This document shows positions 1 through 14,093 of a stretch of 64,000 bases of DNA, piece by piece. Where the stretch lies: assembly GCA_951406725.2 (NCBI GenBank), contig OX597819.1:7936001-8000000 (forward strand), in the 5' to 3' direction. Below the pieces are notes generated by a model. The model was not told the DNA's origin. It did no database searches and saw only the letters and a list, made by a program, of their open reading frames with translations. Numbering within the stretch: position 1 is the first letter of the stretch; every line of letters begins with the position of its first letter. The DNA is from Octopus vulgaris. Its lineage: Eukaryota. Made by a program: the position numbers and the translations under genes.

Positions 1-246
1 CTTCAATTCCAAGGCACTTACCAGATTTCTACCTTAAAACCTAACCAAAGCTGACTCTGCTATTACTCCCAATCTGTATTATCTCTCTTTCTTGCCCGTT
101 TCCTTTTATGCTTTTTCTTCCCCTCTCTGTTTCATTTTTTCCCTTTACTTTTTCCCCTTTGCTATATCTCTCTTTCTCCTTTATCTCAACATTTAAAAAA
201 AAAAAAAAAGACTTCTCTTATGATAAGCATCTGTTCTATGTTTACA

Positions 247-639
247 TCTTTATATATAAAAGTGAGGTTGTGTGCTGTCTGTCTCCTACGATTTAGATTC
301 CTAACTACTCCCACATTTTGCGGTGCAGTTTAACCAAAATCGGGTATCTTATAGTCGTGATTCATATCGAGCCCTTCTGGGTATTAGCGCGCGTCTACGA
401 TGAGTCTACGATTTAAAAAAAAATTTACCATCAATTTTTCCCATGCATTTTTGGCATATATAAGGTAAGTAACTCTCTAAAAATGTATTATTAAATCTCA
501 GAACGTAAAAAGCTACAGTAACACCCCCATCCCCTTTGTGGTTAGCCATATTGAGATGGCTATTATACTTTACATCTCTAAAAATGCTTATATAGTTATT
601 TCCCTTACAAACCCGAGCAACGCCGGGCGATACTGCTAG
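247..639 (+). mobile_element. Non-autonomous Helitron, copy 1
   Basis: Inserted A|TC...CTAG|T with no TSD; GC-rich subterminal hairpin CCCGAGCAACGCCGGG just before the 3' CTAG; near-identical copies at 29392 and 47593. Confidence 0.85.
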
Positions 640-816
640 TAATGTAATAAAGAGTTTCTCAGAAAAACAGTTCCAAGTCTGCAAATAAATAGACTATGAA
701 CCAGCACTGCCGAAGATGCAAGTAGCTACAATTGCGAAACATGTATAGGGAACAAAAAAGCAAAAACTGCCTGTTGTTGTCATCCTATTTTTCTTATATG
801 TGTGCGTGTGTATCTG

Positions 817-818
<2 letters not shown>

Positions 819-855
<37 letters not shown>

Positions 856-885
856 GTCTAACTATCTATCTATCTATCTGTCTAA

Positions 886-964
<79 letters not shown>

Positions 965-1012
965 CCCCTCTCTCTCTATCTATCTATCTACCTACCTACC
1001 TACCTACCTACC

Positions 1013-1045
<33 letters not shown>

Positions 1046-1067
1046 GCCTGCCTGCCTGCCTGCCTGC

Positions 1068-1126
<59 letters not shown>

Positions 1127-1149
1127 CTCTATCTATCTATCTATCTATC

Positions 1150-1206
<57 letters not shown>

Positions 1207-1290
1207 CCTATCTATCTATCTATCTATCTATCTACCTATCTATCTATCTATCTATCTATCATCTATCTATCTATCTAAATATCTATCTAT
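819..1290. repeat. Compound tetranucleotide microsatellite (TATC)n/(TACC)n/(TGTC)n/(TGCC)n
   Basis: Directly visible tandem repeats. Confidence 0.95.
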
Positions 1291-1717
1291 TATGATTTCG
1301 AAATTTTTTTTATCCTTCGTCAATGTGGAAAGGTGTGTACCCATCGTTCTTTGCCTGTTTTGGGCTCGGAAGCTAATGAAGAGTAGAAAGGTAGCTTTAT
1401 TCAAACCAGAAATGTAACCCAAACTTTGGCAATAGTGTGAACTTCGAGAAAGGCTCTGAAGAACGAGGGGTGATTGCATTAAAGTGAGTGATGAATTAAG
1501 TCTCCTACGTAAGGATTCGGAGCCCAGAATGCTGGGACAAATAACACAAAGTTTCTCATCCGACTTGCAATTTCAATATTCTATTTCCCTGGGTCAGAAT
1601 TTTATTCATGATAGATCGACATTTTGTAATATTCTCTCGCATAGCTGTCAACAACTTTCATTTTAACAGCAACGACTCAATACATACTATATACATACAG
1701 ATGTATATCTGTATGCG

Positions 1718-1718
<1 letters not shown>

Positions 1719-1801
<83 letters not shown>

Positions 1802-1926
1802 CTGTGTGAATGTGTGCTGTGCTGTGTGTATGTGTATATGGATGTGAATGTGTGCTGTGCTGTGTGTCAGTTAGATGCACGACTGCTATTGGTGAATATT
1901 CCTGTGCATATATATCCATGTTTGTG

Positions 1927-1960
<34 letters not shown>
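1719..1960. repeat. (TA)n/(TG)n microsatellite cluster
   Basis: Directly visible. Confidence 0.9.
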
Positions 1961-1965
<5 letters not shown>

Positions 1966-2013
1966 GACAATCTTACTTAGAAATGGATGCGTGCGTTCCG
2001 TCATATAATAAAT

Positions 2014-2640
2014 TAATAAATAAAAAAAACATATGCATATATATATACATATATGTCCGTACCTACCTCTACATGTATATATACATGCATATATGGATAC
2101 AGGACACCAAAAAAACGTCGAACACAATGAGAAACGAAAACAAACACAAAACCAAGGAAATGGACATTTTTCTTAAACAACGAAAAAATGGAGTACAGGA
2201 CATACAATACAAGGGAAATTCCCCTTCTTCGGTCGCCTTTGTTTCATCTACTCCGCGTTTCGAAGGTCAAGGCGAGACACGACTTTAATGAAACTTTACT
2301 TCCCGCGAAAAGCAAATTAAATAAAATTTGAGATTTTTTTGCGGAGGGGTAGAAATGGTAACGAAAACAGGACAGTAACGACAGTACAAAATATAAGCAG
2401 TAAAAGACAGGACACGGAGAATAACAGTAACACAGACAAGAAGGGCTGTTAAGCCGAACGAGATAAAATATTACGAACGCTATTTTTGAGAACGGCGAAG
2501 GAGCCACAGAAAATGCCGTCTACACTTGAAGGAAGCCAGGTCAGAAAGACAGTAGCAGAGTTCTCGTCGCGGGTCAACGACGGGAGGGAGGAGGAGGAGC
2601 AAGAGAAAGGGAGAGAAAAAAGGGAATGGTTGTAGAGAAA
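2014..2640 (-). mobile_element. Unclassified interspersed repeat; 2014-2355 recurs inverted at 61068-61410
   Basis: About 340 bp are shared with the reverse complement of 61068-61410; the strand assignment is arbitrary. Confidence 0.7.
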
Positions 2641-2656
2641 ACCAGAAAGAATGAAG

Positions 2657-2701
<45 letters not shown>

Positions 2702-4187
2702 CAGTAAGGTAGAAGAAAAGGAAACCCGAAAGAATGAAGGCTAAGAAAGGGAATATATATATATGTACATACGTGTGTAAGTGTGTATGAGAGTGTATGT
2801 GTGTATGTCTGTGTGTGTGTGTGTGTGTGAGTGTATTTATGTGAGTATATACCGTGACAAGTACCACAACGGGTTTAACCGACAAAAAATTAAAACTCTT
2901 GTGGTAATTGGCATTTCGAAATTACTCATCTCTTCGTAAATGTGATGATTCTGACGAAGAAATTTTAAGTACATTCCAACAAACATCTCCATTCTCAAAG
3001 CTATTTATGAGCTATTTAAAATTTTCACAGGTGCATTAGACCTTTGTTCCCTTGTTCAACGTGTTGATGACCCCTATAGACTAATGCATTAGGACATAAA
3101 ATGTAAGATACAACTACTTACCTTATTTACGATAATTATTTTTTGTATTTTCAATCGACTTAAGTGAATAACATAAATGTATGTTGTTGAATTTTCAACT
3201 GGCTTCTTTTGTCGCAGCTTTTAATTAATGTATTTCAGTATATTCTGGAAAATTCCCCAAAGTTACTTCCTTAAAAGAAAAAAAAAATGTTTAAAAATGA
3301 TGACAAAAGAAATTTTAAAATACAAATAAACGAAAAATATATTATATAAATATATATATATAAAAATATAAAATATATATATAAAAATATAAAATATATA
3401 TATAAAAATAAAAATATATTATAAAAATAAAGGAGATAGAGAGATGAAGACAAATAAAGAGACAGAGAAATGGAGAGAAACAGAGGAGGGTGTGTGCTGA
3501 AGAAATCTCTTGATTAGATTCATAATTAAAGTAATTTCATCGAACTCTCACTATACACATAAACACTGCAGTATTTCTGGCTTTATCTACTGCCTTTTTC
3601 AGGAGAGGAAGTGGAAAGAAGACGTATGTACTTCATCCCACCTACCCCCGCAAATAACAAATATTTCCCAACGGAGGTAAAATACAAAACAAAACAGACG
3701 AAGTAGAGAAAGTAAAAGCGAAAGTAAAAGCGAAAGTAAAGCTAGAGAAAAGGAAATGGAGTGAATAAAGAATAAAGAAATAAAAGATATTATATAAATA
3801 AAAAGAAATAGCAGAAAGGGTTTCTCGGTATAATTGCTTTATTCACGCTAGAATGTTGGGACGGCTTTGATCATTATTAGTATGGAATATTCCTATATAT
3901 TTTCTAATTATTTTTTTGTTTCATTTTAATTTTTCAAAACTTATTAACAGATTTACCGAAAACTTTCATGGGAGCACACAGCTTTGGTGATAATGATTAA
4001 TATACATAGAATTTGCTACATATCCTAATGTATTTATTTTTCTTTTATATGTTTTTTAAAAAATACTTTTTTCCTTTTGAAATTGGTCTCTTGTGCGGAG
4101 GCCATTCAAAAGTTATTTATTTATATAACTATTTTACAAATGTAACTATGCGAGTATGTCTGCGGTTGGACATTGCTGTTCAAAGTA

Positions 4188-4195
4188 TCTATCTA

Positions 4196-4270
<75 letters not shown>

Positions 4271-4397
4271 ATACACTCATTTATACATACATATATATGT
4301 ATATATGTATGTACATGTTTTATATATATATATATATTTATGTGTGTGTATATATATATATCTATATATATATGTGTATGTTTACACACACACACAT

Positions 4398-4493
<96 letters not shown>

Positions 4494-4575
4494 ATATATA
4501 TATCTATCTATATATATATGTGTGTATGTTTACATATATATATATATATATATATACATATATAAATACATATAA
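4188..4575. repeat. (TA)n/(TG)n/(CA)n compound microsatellite
   Basis: Directly visible. Confidence 0.95.
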
Positions 4576-4937
4576 TTAAACAAATATTTGAAGACAGTGG
4601 TACAACTGGAATTTAAGGAAGAAATTATCGTAATTCCTCTCCAGCTGAAGACGTGTCCCCTTCCTATCCGACCGATACAATTATCTGATAAGAGCGTAAA
4701 CTTACTTCACATAGCATTTTCGTCTGTCCTTATTTCATTGCTTATCTAAACAGCACATAGTTTGTTGTGACAGAAAAAAACAATAAAACAATATCAATTA
4801 TCTGAGACTTTATAATCATCTGAACCTTCAAAGAGACATAATAGAACAAAGAGACGTTTTTGACTGACTTACTTTTGTTACTTTCTGGTTCAGTAGAGCG
4901 CATTATATGTATACATACGGATAAATGTGTGTTTATA

Positions 4938-4940
<3 letters not shown>

Positions 4941-4986
<46 letters not shown>

Positions 4987-4987
4987 T

Positions 4988-5048
<61 letters not shown>

Positions 5049-5060
5049 TATAGATATATA

Positions 5061-5152
<92 letters not shown>

Positions 5153-5217
5153 CATAATGTTCATATATATATATATATATATATGCATATACATATACAT
5201 ACATATACGTATATAAA

Positions 5218-5262
<45 letters not shown>

Positions 5263-5276
5263 CATATATATATATA
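4941..5276. repeat. (TA)n microsatellite, interrupted
   Basis: Directly visible. Confidence 0.95.
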
Positions 5277-5450
5277 AAGTTAATCCAAACAAGAAAGCAC
5301 ATAAAAAACACAACAACGCGAGGACGTGGAACAAATATAGTATTATTGGACGCTCAGGAAAGAAGGAAAGAAGGAGGGTCTAACGTTTCGAGCGGAGCTC
5401 TTCGTCGGAAACATAGGAGAAGGAAAGATCCAGGGAAGGGAAGACAGAGG

Positions 5451-5455
<5 letters not shown>
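5277..5455 (-). mobile_element. Short Penelope-like terminal fragment with a minimal hammerhead-like motif, embedded in (TA)n
   Basis: Minus strand reads CCGACGA-AGAGC-TCC-GCTC-GAAAC-GTTA; (TA)n lies on both sides. Confidence 0.55.
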
Positions 5456-5496
<41 letters not shown>

Positions 5497-6271
5497 CATA
5501 AACATAAATATTTGCAAATACAATGCACTATTATTTATCTTCGAGATGCATTTACTTAGCAAGAAAGCATTCTGAAATGCATTACCTGTTCCTCTTTTTT
5601 ATTGTCATGTGCAGAATATGTGATATCCTCCTCTGTTCACTCAGATCATGTGACATATGCATCTAAATACCTAGAAATCTGCCTCACAATTTCACTGACC
5701 ATACGTATCTGGACTTTTGAGGCTGATATAATTAACAACAGTAAATTATTACAAAACATGTATCTTACATTAATGGTTGTAAATATGACCTTTGCCACTT
5801 GGAAAGTGTACCACATAAACACTTAAAAAAAAAATTAGTAATAAATAAAGAAAACCATTCCTTCAAAATTTCAAAGGTTGATATATACGCTATATTGTGA
5901 ATCTACCAACTGACCAAAATAGTTTCTTATTAAATGGTTTTGCTATGATTAGAAATGCGATTATATAATTAAAAGTAAGCCATTTATTTATTCATTAACT
6001 CTAAAACTTCGTTCGCCCATTCAAGAATAGATTTAGTATTTTTGGACGCGACTAGATAAAAACAGAACACTTTCTGTATAAAGGAATGCGAAATGCATTT
6101 TCTTGGACAACTAAACAATCATAATGATTTGATTGATTGCCAATGAAAACATAAAGATATTCCGATGCTTTAGTGAATATTTTTCCTTATATACAGTCAC
6201 GCTGCCTCTCTACTTCAATCGTTTGAATAACTGCCAACAAGAAAATCAGATTTGTGATGTAAAGAAGTTTT

Positions 6272-6420
6272 ACATACATGCATGCATACATACTTACATA
6301 CATCCGTCCGTCCATCCGTCCGTCCATCCGTCCATCCGTCCATCCATCCATCCATCCATCCATCCATCCATCCATCCATCCATCCATCCATCCATACATA
6401 CATACATACATACATACATA
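6272..6420. repeat. (CATC)n/(CATA)n microsatellite
   Basis: Directly visible. Confidence 0.9.
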
Positions 6421-6460
6421 TGAGTGTGTATGTATATATATGTATATGCTTATAACAATT

Positions 6461-6499
<39 letters not shown>

Positions 6500-6507
6500 C
6501 CATATGT

Positions 6508-6804
6508 GGAGGCGCAATGGCCCAGTGGTTAGGGCAGCGGACTCGCGGTCGTAGGATCGCGGTTTCCATTCCCAGACCGGGCGTTGTGTGTGTTTATTGA
6601 GCGAAAACACTTAAAAGCTCCACGAGGCTCCGGCAGGGGATGGTGGTGATCCCTGCTGTACTCTTTCACCACTCTTTCTTCTGTTGGCCTGCTCGCTTAG
6701 CCAGCGGGGTGGCGTCATTCGAAGGCTAAAACAATGCGAACGCATTGTGACCAGCGATGTGTAACAACATCTGATGGTCTGGTTGGTCACATGATCACAC
6801 ATGA
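6508..6804 (+). mobile_element. tRNA-derived SINE, family A head with an alternative 3' tail (A2)
   Basis: Box A TGGCCCAGTGG and box B-like GTTTCCATTCC; matches family A up to CTCTTTCACCAC, then a different tail ending in CACATGAT repeats; flanking TATATCCATAT repeat. Confidence 0.85.
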
Positions 6805-7191
6805 TATATCCATATATGTTTATAGCAATTGCGTCGCGAGGTTTCATGGCAACTATAAAAAAGAAAATATTCGTCAGTCGGCTGGAATTATATTTATTTT
6901 TGTCTATACTTTTATGTTCAGTTTTGCTTCATTTTGTATTTATATCCCATTATATTAAGCATCAAAGACTTAGATCTACGACATGGTAGACACTCGATTT
7001 AACTTTAGTTATGTCGCTGTATTAGTACAAAAATATGATTACAAGCGTATGTGAGTGTGTGTGTTCTAAATGGTTACAAGAAATATAACACGTTGCCATT
7101 GTTTTAGTTTCAATAAGTACTTGAGTATTAAGCTGCTTATTAAGCAAGTAACTTGGAATACATACGCACTCGCACATACATATGCACGATA

Positions 7192-7573
7192 GGAGGCGCA
7201 ATGACCCAGTGGTTAGGGCAGCGGAATCGCGGTCGTAGGATCGCGGTTTCGATTCCCAGACCGGGCGTTGTGAGTGTTTATTGAGCGAAAACACCTAAAG
7301 CTCCACGATGTTCCGGCAGGGGGTGCTGGCGAACCCTGCTGTACTCTTTCGCCAAAACTTTCTCTCATTCTTACTTCCTGTTTCTGTTGTACCTGTATTT
7401 CAAGGGGCCGGCCTTGTCACTCTCTGTGTCACGCTGAATATCCCCGAGAACTACGTTAAGGGTACACGTGTCTGTAGAGTGCTCAGCCACTTGCACATTA
7501 ACTTCACGAGCAGGCTGTTCCGTTGATTCGGATCAACCGGAACCCTCGTCGTCGTAACCGACGGAGTGCTTCC
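7192..7573 (+). mobile_element. tRNA-derived SINE family A
   Basis: Pol III A/B boxes; seven similar copies in the window; TSD ACATATGCACG. Confidence 0.9.
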
Positions 7574-8074
7574 ACATATGCACGCACGCGCGCACACATA
7601 TACTCAGATATATTTATATGTGTGCCTCAGTGTGTGTTTCCGACAGCCACCTTGGTAAATAGCTTATTGTGCTCTTCTGTTAAGACGAAACTCGATGTAT
7701 TTGAATGGGATTTCGACTGTAATTTATATAATAGCGTTATCGCGTGCACACCGACTCATTGATAGCTCACCTGTATCCTATTGTTACTACAGCGTATATA
7801 CAACTCCTCTTTTATGCTCTCTCTCTCCACCATATGTATGTGCGAGTGCGTATGTATTCCAAGTGAACGACTGTGACATCTTCGAAAATCCGGAGACTTT
7901 CCTGGGGTTATCGCATTCATTACAGTTAAGGGAAAGTGAAATGGTACCCAAGACTTGCACTAGAATTGTGTGACTAAAATCGGAGTCACTGATTATTTCT
8001 GTATTTTGTATCTGACATATTGTCTGCTTTTAGTTGAAGAATTGATCATCCTAAATAACCTGATCCTGCGTATA

Positions 8075-8245
8075 GGCGCAGGAATGGCTGTGTGGTAAGT
8101 AGCTTGTTTACCAACCACATGGTTCCGGGTTCAGTCCCACTGCGTCGCATCTTGGGCAAGTCTCTTCTGCTATAGCCCCGGGCCGACCAAAGCCTTGTGA
8201 GTGGATTTGGTAGACAGAAACTGAAAGAAGCCTGTCGTATATATG

Positions 8246-8281
<36 letters not shown>

Positions 8282-8488
8282 CATGTTTGCCCCCTAGCAT
8301 TGCTTGACAACCGATGCTGGTGTGTTTATGTCCCCGTCACTTAGCGGTTCGGCAAAAGAGACCGATAGAATAAGTACTGGGCTTCCAAAGAATAAGTCCT
8401 GGGGTCGATTTGCTCGACTAAAGGCGGTGCTCCAGCATGGCCGCAGTCAAATGACTGAAACAAGTAAAAGAGTAAAAGAGTAAAAGAG
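8075..8488 (+). mobile_element. tRNA-derived SINE family B (internal microsatellite, (GTAAAAGA)n tail)
   Basis: TGG..GTGTGG / GGTTCAGTCCC boxes; CORE-like CTTGGGCAAG; about 10 copies in the window. Confidence 0.9.
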
Positions 8489-8858
8489 AGAGAGAGAGAG
8501 AGAGTAATCTGTTCGGACCAGAGGGCCTTTCTGATTCAGGCTAGTTTCCTTCCATATGTACATGTTGTGTCAGTCTCATCTTAGAAGTAGAATGTAGCAG
8601 TACAGTAAACATCTGCTTATTTGCGAGAACTGAAGAGTAAAATACAGTTATATATTTTCAGTGTCATAATTTTGGTACAATTGTTTAGATGTTATGCATT
8701 AAGCACAATTTTCGTATTCGAATTGTGATATAGCGCTGAATTCTATCGTTGACACTATCATTGTCTGTAAGTCTTTGATTTTGGCTGAATATACCTGGTT
8801 GAATATACCTCTTCCCGATTGTATGTTTAAAAGTGGTGGCCAATCCGCGTTTAGTGTG

Positions 8859-9257
8859 AGGAGTGGCTGTGTGGTAAGTAGCTTGCTAATCAACCACATG
8901 GTTCTGGGTTCAGTCCCACTGCGTGGCATCTTGGGCAAGTGTCTTCTGCTATAGCCCCGGGCTGACCAATGCCTTGTGAGTGGATTTGGTAGACGGAAAC
9001 TGAAAGAAGCCTGTCGTATATATGTATATATATATATATATGTGTTTGTGTGTCTGTGTTTGTCCCCCTAGCATTGCTTGACAACCGATGCTGGTGTGTT
9101 TACGTCCCCGTCAATTAGCGGTTCGGCAAAGGAGACCGATAGAATAAGTACTGGGCTTACAAAGAATAAGTCCCGGGGTCGATTTGCTCGACTAAAAGGC
9201 GGTGCTCCAGCATGGCCGCAGTCAAATGACTGAAACACATAAAAGAGTAAAAGAGTA
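8859..9257 (+). mobile_element. SINE family B
   Basis: High similarity to the other B copies. Confidence 0.9.
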
Positions 9258-9539
9258 TTAGTGGTACACAACCTATACTGGAAAAAAGAGCAATGACATT
9301 TAAACAATAAACTAATGCTTCATTTCTGTATCAGCCATCATTTTCCGCAACTGTTTTTTAATTACCAGTGTTGTTCAGCGACTTTTATGGATACTTTTCG
9401 GAGCGGCGAAGTAGATGTGCCTGCTAAGGTCCTTTTGTCGACTGGTAATTTGCTAGGAACATTCCACTCCTTACTGTTTCATCCCCTCGAACTTGCTTAG
9501 ACTGCTTCATATGTTGAATGGCTTTGAATGTTGACTCGG

Positions 9540-10000
9540 ATAAATGCAATGAGACACATAAGTTGTATCTAGATAGATTTTATTAAGATGGTGAATAGGA
9601 TACGATAGGTTGTTCATAATTCTGGTTGGCTTGCTAAATAAAACAAAAGCTTGTGATATGCACCTACTGTATCTACAAAGTGACCAAATTACTGGAAATT
9701 GATACGTCTTTCCCAGTACAAAAAGACTACAGTAATTCTAAACAATGAGTTGTGGGTCTTGTTAAAGAGAAGAATTAAAGTAGAACCCATTAGACTAAGT
9801 AAGGAATAGTTTTGGTGAGCTAGTAGATGAAAAATGAAGTGGTTATCAGGAAAAGCTTCTCAGGCGAATTGCAATCACAATTAATGTGTCTGAACGATTT
9901 TATTTATGTAAAACACGAAGGTTACGTTGTCAGAACTAAAGTGGGAGCTCTTAGACAAGAGAAGAGAAAAGATTTTAGTAGAATGTCAGAGGTCACTATA
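9540..10000 (+). pseudogene. Highly decayed Tx1/L1-like LINE ORF2 fragment (endonuclease C-terminus and linker)
   Basis: Broken frames give YLDR, KLVIC, NYWKL and KHEGYVVRTKVGALR, collinear with SYLD/HKLVTC/GYGKLN/KHEGCAVRARMCALR in the 52915-53778 ORF; a similar piece lies at about 10405-10476. Confidence 0.6.
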
Positions 10001-11104
10001 GCAGCAATGTCACAGTCAGGTTTTCAACACGTACAAGCTGATTTCAGACCGATGTCTACGGTTTCCGAGTGACACTTTGTCCATAGCTGATGTACTTTTA
10101 ATGCCTGGGGAGAGGAGGTTTTGTCAAACAATTGTATCACTTGTTGGGTAGATATAGCTGTCAGTCGTGTTCATCGTGAAGATTGTCTCTAACCAGTTTC
10201 AATTGAAGGACATATAATCTATCATTTCTTATCTGTGTGAAGTAAAGGACTGAGGATTGTATTGTTTCTCTCTGGTTAATCATTCACCATTATTTCAAGA
10301 AAAATAATGTGAGGGCTGAGAAAGACGTACTGCCGTCAAGCACTTTTTCTTAAAGATTGTTGCTGTTGCTGATTTGTCAACTTTTTAATAGGTAATCGAG
10401 ATGCAATTTTAAACAATAAGTAGGGGAACTTGTTAAAGAGAAAAATTAAAGTAGGATCTATTAGATCTAGTAAGGAGCAGTATATAAAAATCTGAAGGCG
10501 TAATCTGTATTTTGTTTTAAGCCAATAGCGTGTGATTTAAGAGACATTTGATTGTTATTTCTTGTTGACCGAGTGATCATGTAGAAGCTCCCTCCCCACC
10601 TCGTATTAGTAAAACATGGTGTAAGTGGTAAGTTTGATGTGGTTGAAGAAATCTACACTTAATTTTTCTTCTGCAATTTCATAGGAGAGAAATGACAGTT
10701 TACCTTAGTTTTGAATGTATTCGACTTTTCCATATTCCCTCGTAAGTTTTTTTTCATTTTTACTGTCTTTTAAAACTCAAGAAATTTACTTATTCTCTTT
10801 TAAATATTTTAAAAAAGCATGGCACCAGATTATTTGGCGGAAAGACAGGGAAATGATATTATAGATTGAAATACTTGTCTTAACGCTGCCTTCTTCATAC
10901 TAAACCAAAGCACACCTCCACCATGACCACCTCTACTGGAGCCGACCAAACAACGATAGCAATGAGAATGAGAGATAGAAAGACGACAACTTAAACTTCC
11001 GTATTAAACAGATAAGCGAATTCCAACATACAACGACAACTCTCAACTCTGTCACTGCCACACGTTAACACCAACTCAATAAAAAAAAAGAAACAACGTA
11101 TATA

Positions 11105-11520
11105 GGCGCAGGAGTGGCTGTGTGGTAAGTAGCTTGCTAACCAACCACATGGTTCCGGGTTCAGTCCCACTGCGTGGCATCTTCGGCAAGTGTCTTCTGC
11201 TATAGCTCCGGGCCGACCAATGCCTTGTGAGTGGATTTGGTAGATGGAAACTGAAAGAAGCCTGTCGTATATATGTATATATATATAAGTGTGTGTGTAT
11301 ATGTTTGTGTGTCTGTGTTTGTCCCCCTAGCATTGCTTGACAACCGATGCTGGTGTGTTTACGTCCCCGTCACTTAGCGGTTCGGCAAAAGAGACCGATA
11401 GAATAAGTACTGGGCTTCCAAAGAATAAGTCCTGGGGTCGATTTGCTCGACTAAAGGCGGTGCTCCAGCATGGCCGCAGTCAAATGACTGAAACAAGTAA
11501 AAGAGTAAAAGAGTAAGAGT
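11105..11520 (+). mobile_element. SINE family B
   Basis: Full-length copy similar to the others. Confidence 0.9.
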
Positions 11521-11915
11521 AACGTGATTAAGAAATCAACTTCTAATGGGTTCGCGAATGCTGTATGACAGAAAGATGACATTTTTTATCCACCCAGGAT
11601 TTTAAAAATGCTAATAATGTCTAATCAAAGCATAGCACAAATATAGCAAAATCTATCCAGCAAGAAACTAATCTTAAAACTATTATTTACAAATATATAG
11701 GAATGGAAGTTGGAAAATAGAGAGAGCAACGTAACAAACAGGAAATTGTCTCAGATCAATGATGTCATCAAAACGAACCTCGCTACGAAGAAAATAAGCA
11801 CGGCAGAGGATGGGGCCAAGAAGTAATCTACGTTAAAACAAAAATGTGACGAACTGGGTTGAGAAGTAATGAGAATAAAAGTGTTTGATGTGGTCCTAGA
11901 AGTAAACATCAACAG

Positions 11916-12359
11916 CAGGAGTGGCTGTGTGGTAAGTAGCTTGTTTACCAGTCACATGGTTCCGGGTTCAGACCCATTGCGTGGCACCTTGGGCAAGTGT
12001 CTTCTACTATAGCCTCGGGCCGACCAAAGCCTTGTGAGTGGATTTGGTAGACAGAAACTGAAAGAAGCCTGTCGTATATATGTACATATATATATATGTG
12101 TGTGTTTGTGTTTGTCCCCCTACCATTGCTTGACAATCGATGCTGGTGTGTTTGTGTTTGTCCCCCTACCATTGCTTGACAATCGATGCTGGTGTGTTTA
12201 TGTCCCTGTCACTTAGCGGTTCGGCAAATGAGACCGATAGAATAAGTACTGGGCTTACAAAAGAATAAGTCCCGGGGTCGAGTTGCTCGATTAAAGGCGG
12301 TGCTCCAGCATGGCCGCAGTCAAATGACTGAAACAAGTAAAAGAGTAAAAGAATAAAGA
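11916..12359 (+). mobile_element. SINE family B with an internal tandem duplication of about 46 bp
   Basis: TGTGTTTGTGTTTGTCCCCCTACCATTGCTTGACAATCGATGCTGG occurs twice (about 12100-12195). Confidence 0.9.
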
Positions 12360-12533
12360 GCTGTTTTCTTAAACATAAAAAGCAAAACCAATATATCGCA
12401 GTTCCAGAGGCTACAGAAAAACATAATTAGACTAAGGGATGGAGTTACTGGTCCAACCGGACCAAAGTAGTATGGAAATCATCCCGGACATGATCACTCT
12501 GTGAAAATAGCTGTAACAGTAGCAGAAACATCC

Positions 12534-12559
12534 CCATCATCATCATCATCATCATCAAC

Positions 12560-12590
<31 letters not shown>

Positions 12591-12670
12591 CCATCATCAT
12601 CATCACCATTATCAAGTTCATCATCATCATCATCATCATCATCACCATCATCACCATCACCATTATCAAC

Positions 12671-12719
<49 letters not shown>

Positions 12720-12799
12720 CCATCATCATCATCACCATTATCAAGTTCATCATCATCATCATCATCATCATCACCATCATCACCATCACCATTATCAAC

Positions 12800-12845
<46 letters not shown>

Positions 12846-12849
12846 GCAT

Positions 12850-12880
<31 letters not shown>

Positions 12881-12883
12881 AGC

Positions 12884-12917
<34 letters not shown>

Positions 12918-12960
12918 CATCAACAACAGTAACAACAGCAACAACAACAACAACAACGAG
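12534..12960. repeat. (CAT)n/(CAG)n/(CAA)n trinucleotide array with higher-order units
   Basis: Directly visible; the interruption pattern CACCATTATCAAG/CTT recurs. Confidence 0.9.
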
Positions 12961-13731
12961 AGCAGCACCAACAGTGGAAGTAACAGTAACAAAAAAAAAA
13001 CAAAACACACTGCCCACGAGATTTACCAACTACAACAGAACAAAAAGACAATGACGCCAAAACATGCCCCTCTCCGCTTGGAACCACTCAGACATGTCGT
13101 GTGAGAATGTTAGAAATTGACAAAAGGTAACAAGCTAGAAAGAAAAGGAAAAGAGAGAAACAGGCCAACAAAAGTAGCTGGGATGTTGAAACGGACGTAA
13201 GAAACATCTTCAAACAACGACACAATATCCTTCCCCAACAACAGCAATTCTACCACATCATCATCATCATCACCATTATCATCACCACTACCACCAAATT
13301 CCACCACCACCACAACCACCACCGCCACCACCACCACCACCATCATCATCACCCTCACTACCACCATCACAATCACCAGCACTACAGAAATGTCCAACGT
13401 CACAACCAATAACAAGATCCACTAGGGCAAAGAAGAAACGTAAACTCCACTTCCATAAATGCAAGCAATAAAGAATTGATGAAACTTATACATCAACAGA
13501 CAATGATTGCTCAAAGTGATTTCAGAACACCGACGAAATAGCATAATGACACACATAAAACTCATCATAACAACACAAAAGACACAAGGTTTTAAAGCAA
13601 AAATATCTTCACGGAGTAGATTTTGGAGGGAAAAATTAACAAAAGTCTAAAATGAACTAATTGTGGAGAGACCGATATCAAACTAGAGGAACGGAACACC
13701 TGTACTCAGCACAGATAAAATAAAACCTGGC

Positions 13732-14045
13732 CCTCTGTCGGTTACAACAACGTGTGCTCCAGTTGGTCTAATCAACTTAACAACCTCTGCTCGTGAAATT
13801 GACGTGTGTGTGGTTGAGCACCCCACAGACATGTGCACCCGTAACGTGGGGATTCAGCATGAAACAGAATGTGACAAGGCTGTCCCTCGGAATTACTGGT
13901 ATAACTAATTTTTATCAGCTGAGTAGACTGGAGCAACGTAATATAAAGTGTCTTGATGAAGGACACAACGCGTCACCAAAAACCGAACACATGATCTTAC
14001 GGTCGTGAGCCAAAGAACCCTAACCACTAAGTTACGTGCGTTTAC
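13732..14045 (-). mobile_element. Old diverged SINE (A3 type: tRNA head, CORE-like domain, family A tail)
   Basis: Degenerate reverse-complement match to 34188-34512. Confidence 0.7.
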
Positions 14046-14093
14046 AAGAATTCATATAAGTAGGTCTTTCTCACTTTTCTTCTTTTGTCGAAT

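Noticed and set aside
11520-13730. A-rich stretches with NRP/NRT..VVW-like traces of a LINE
   Set aside because: Too degraded to assign with confidence
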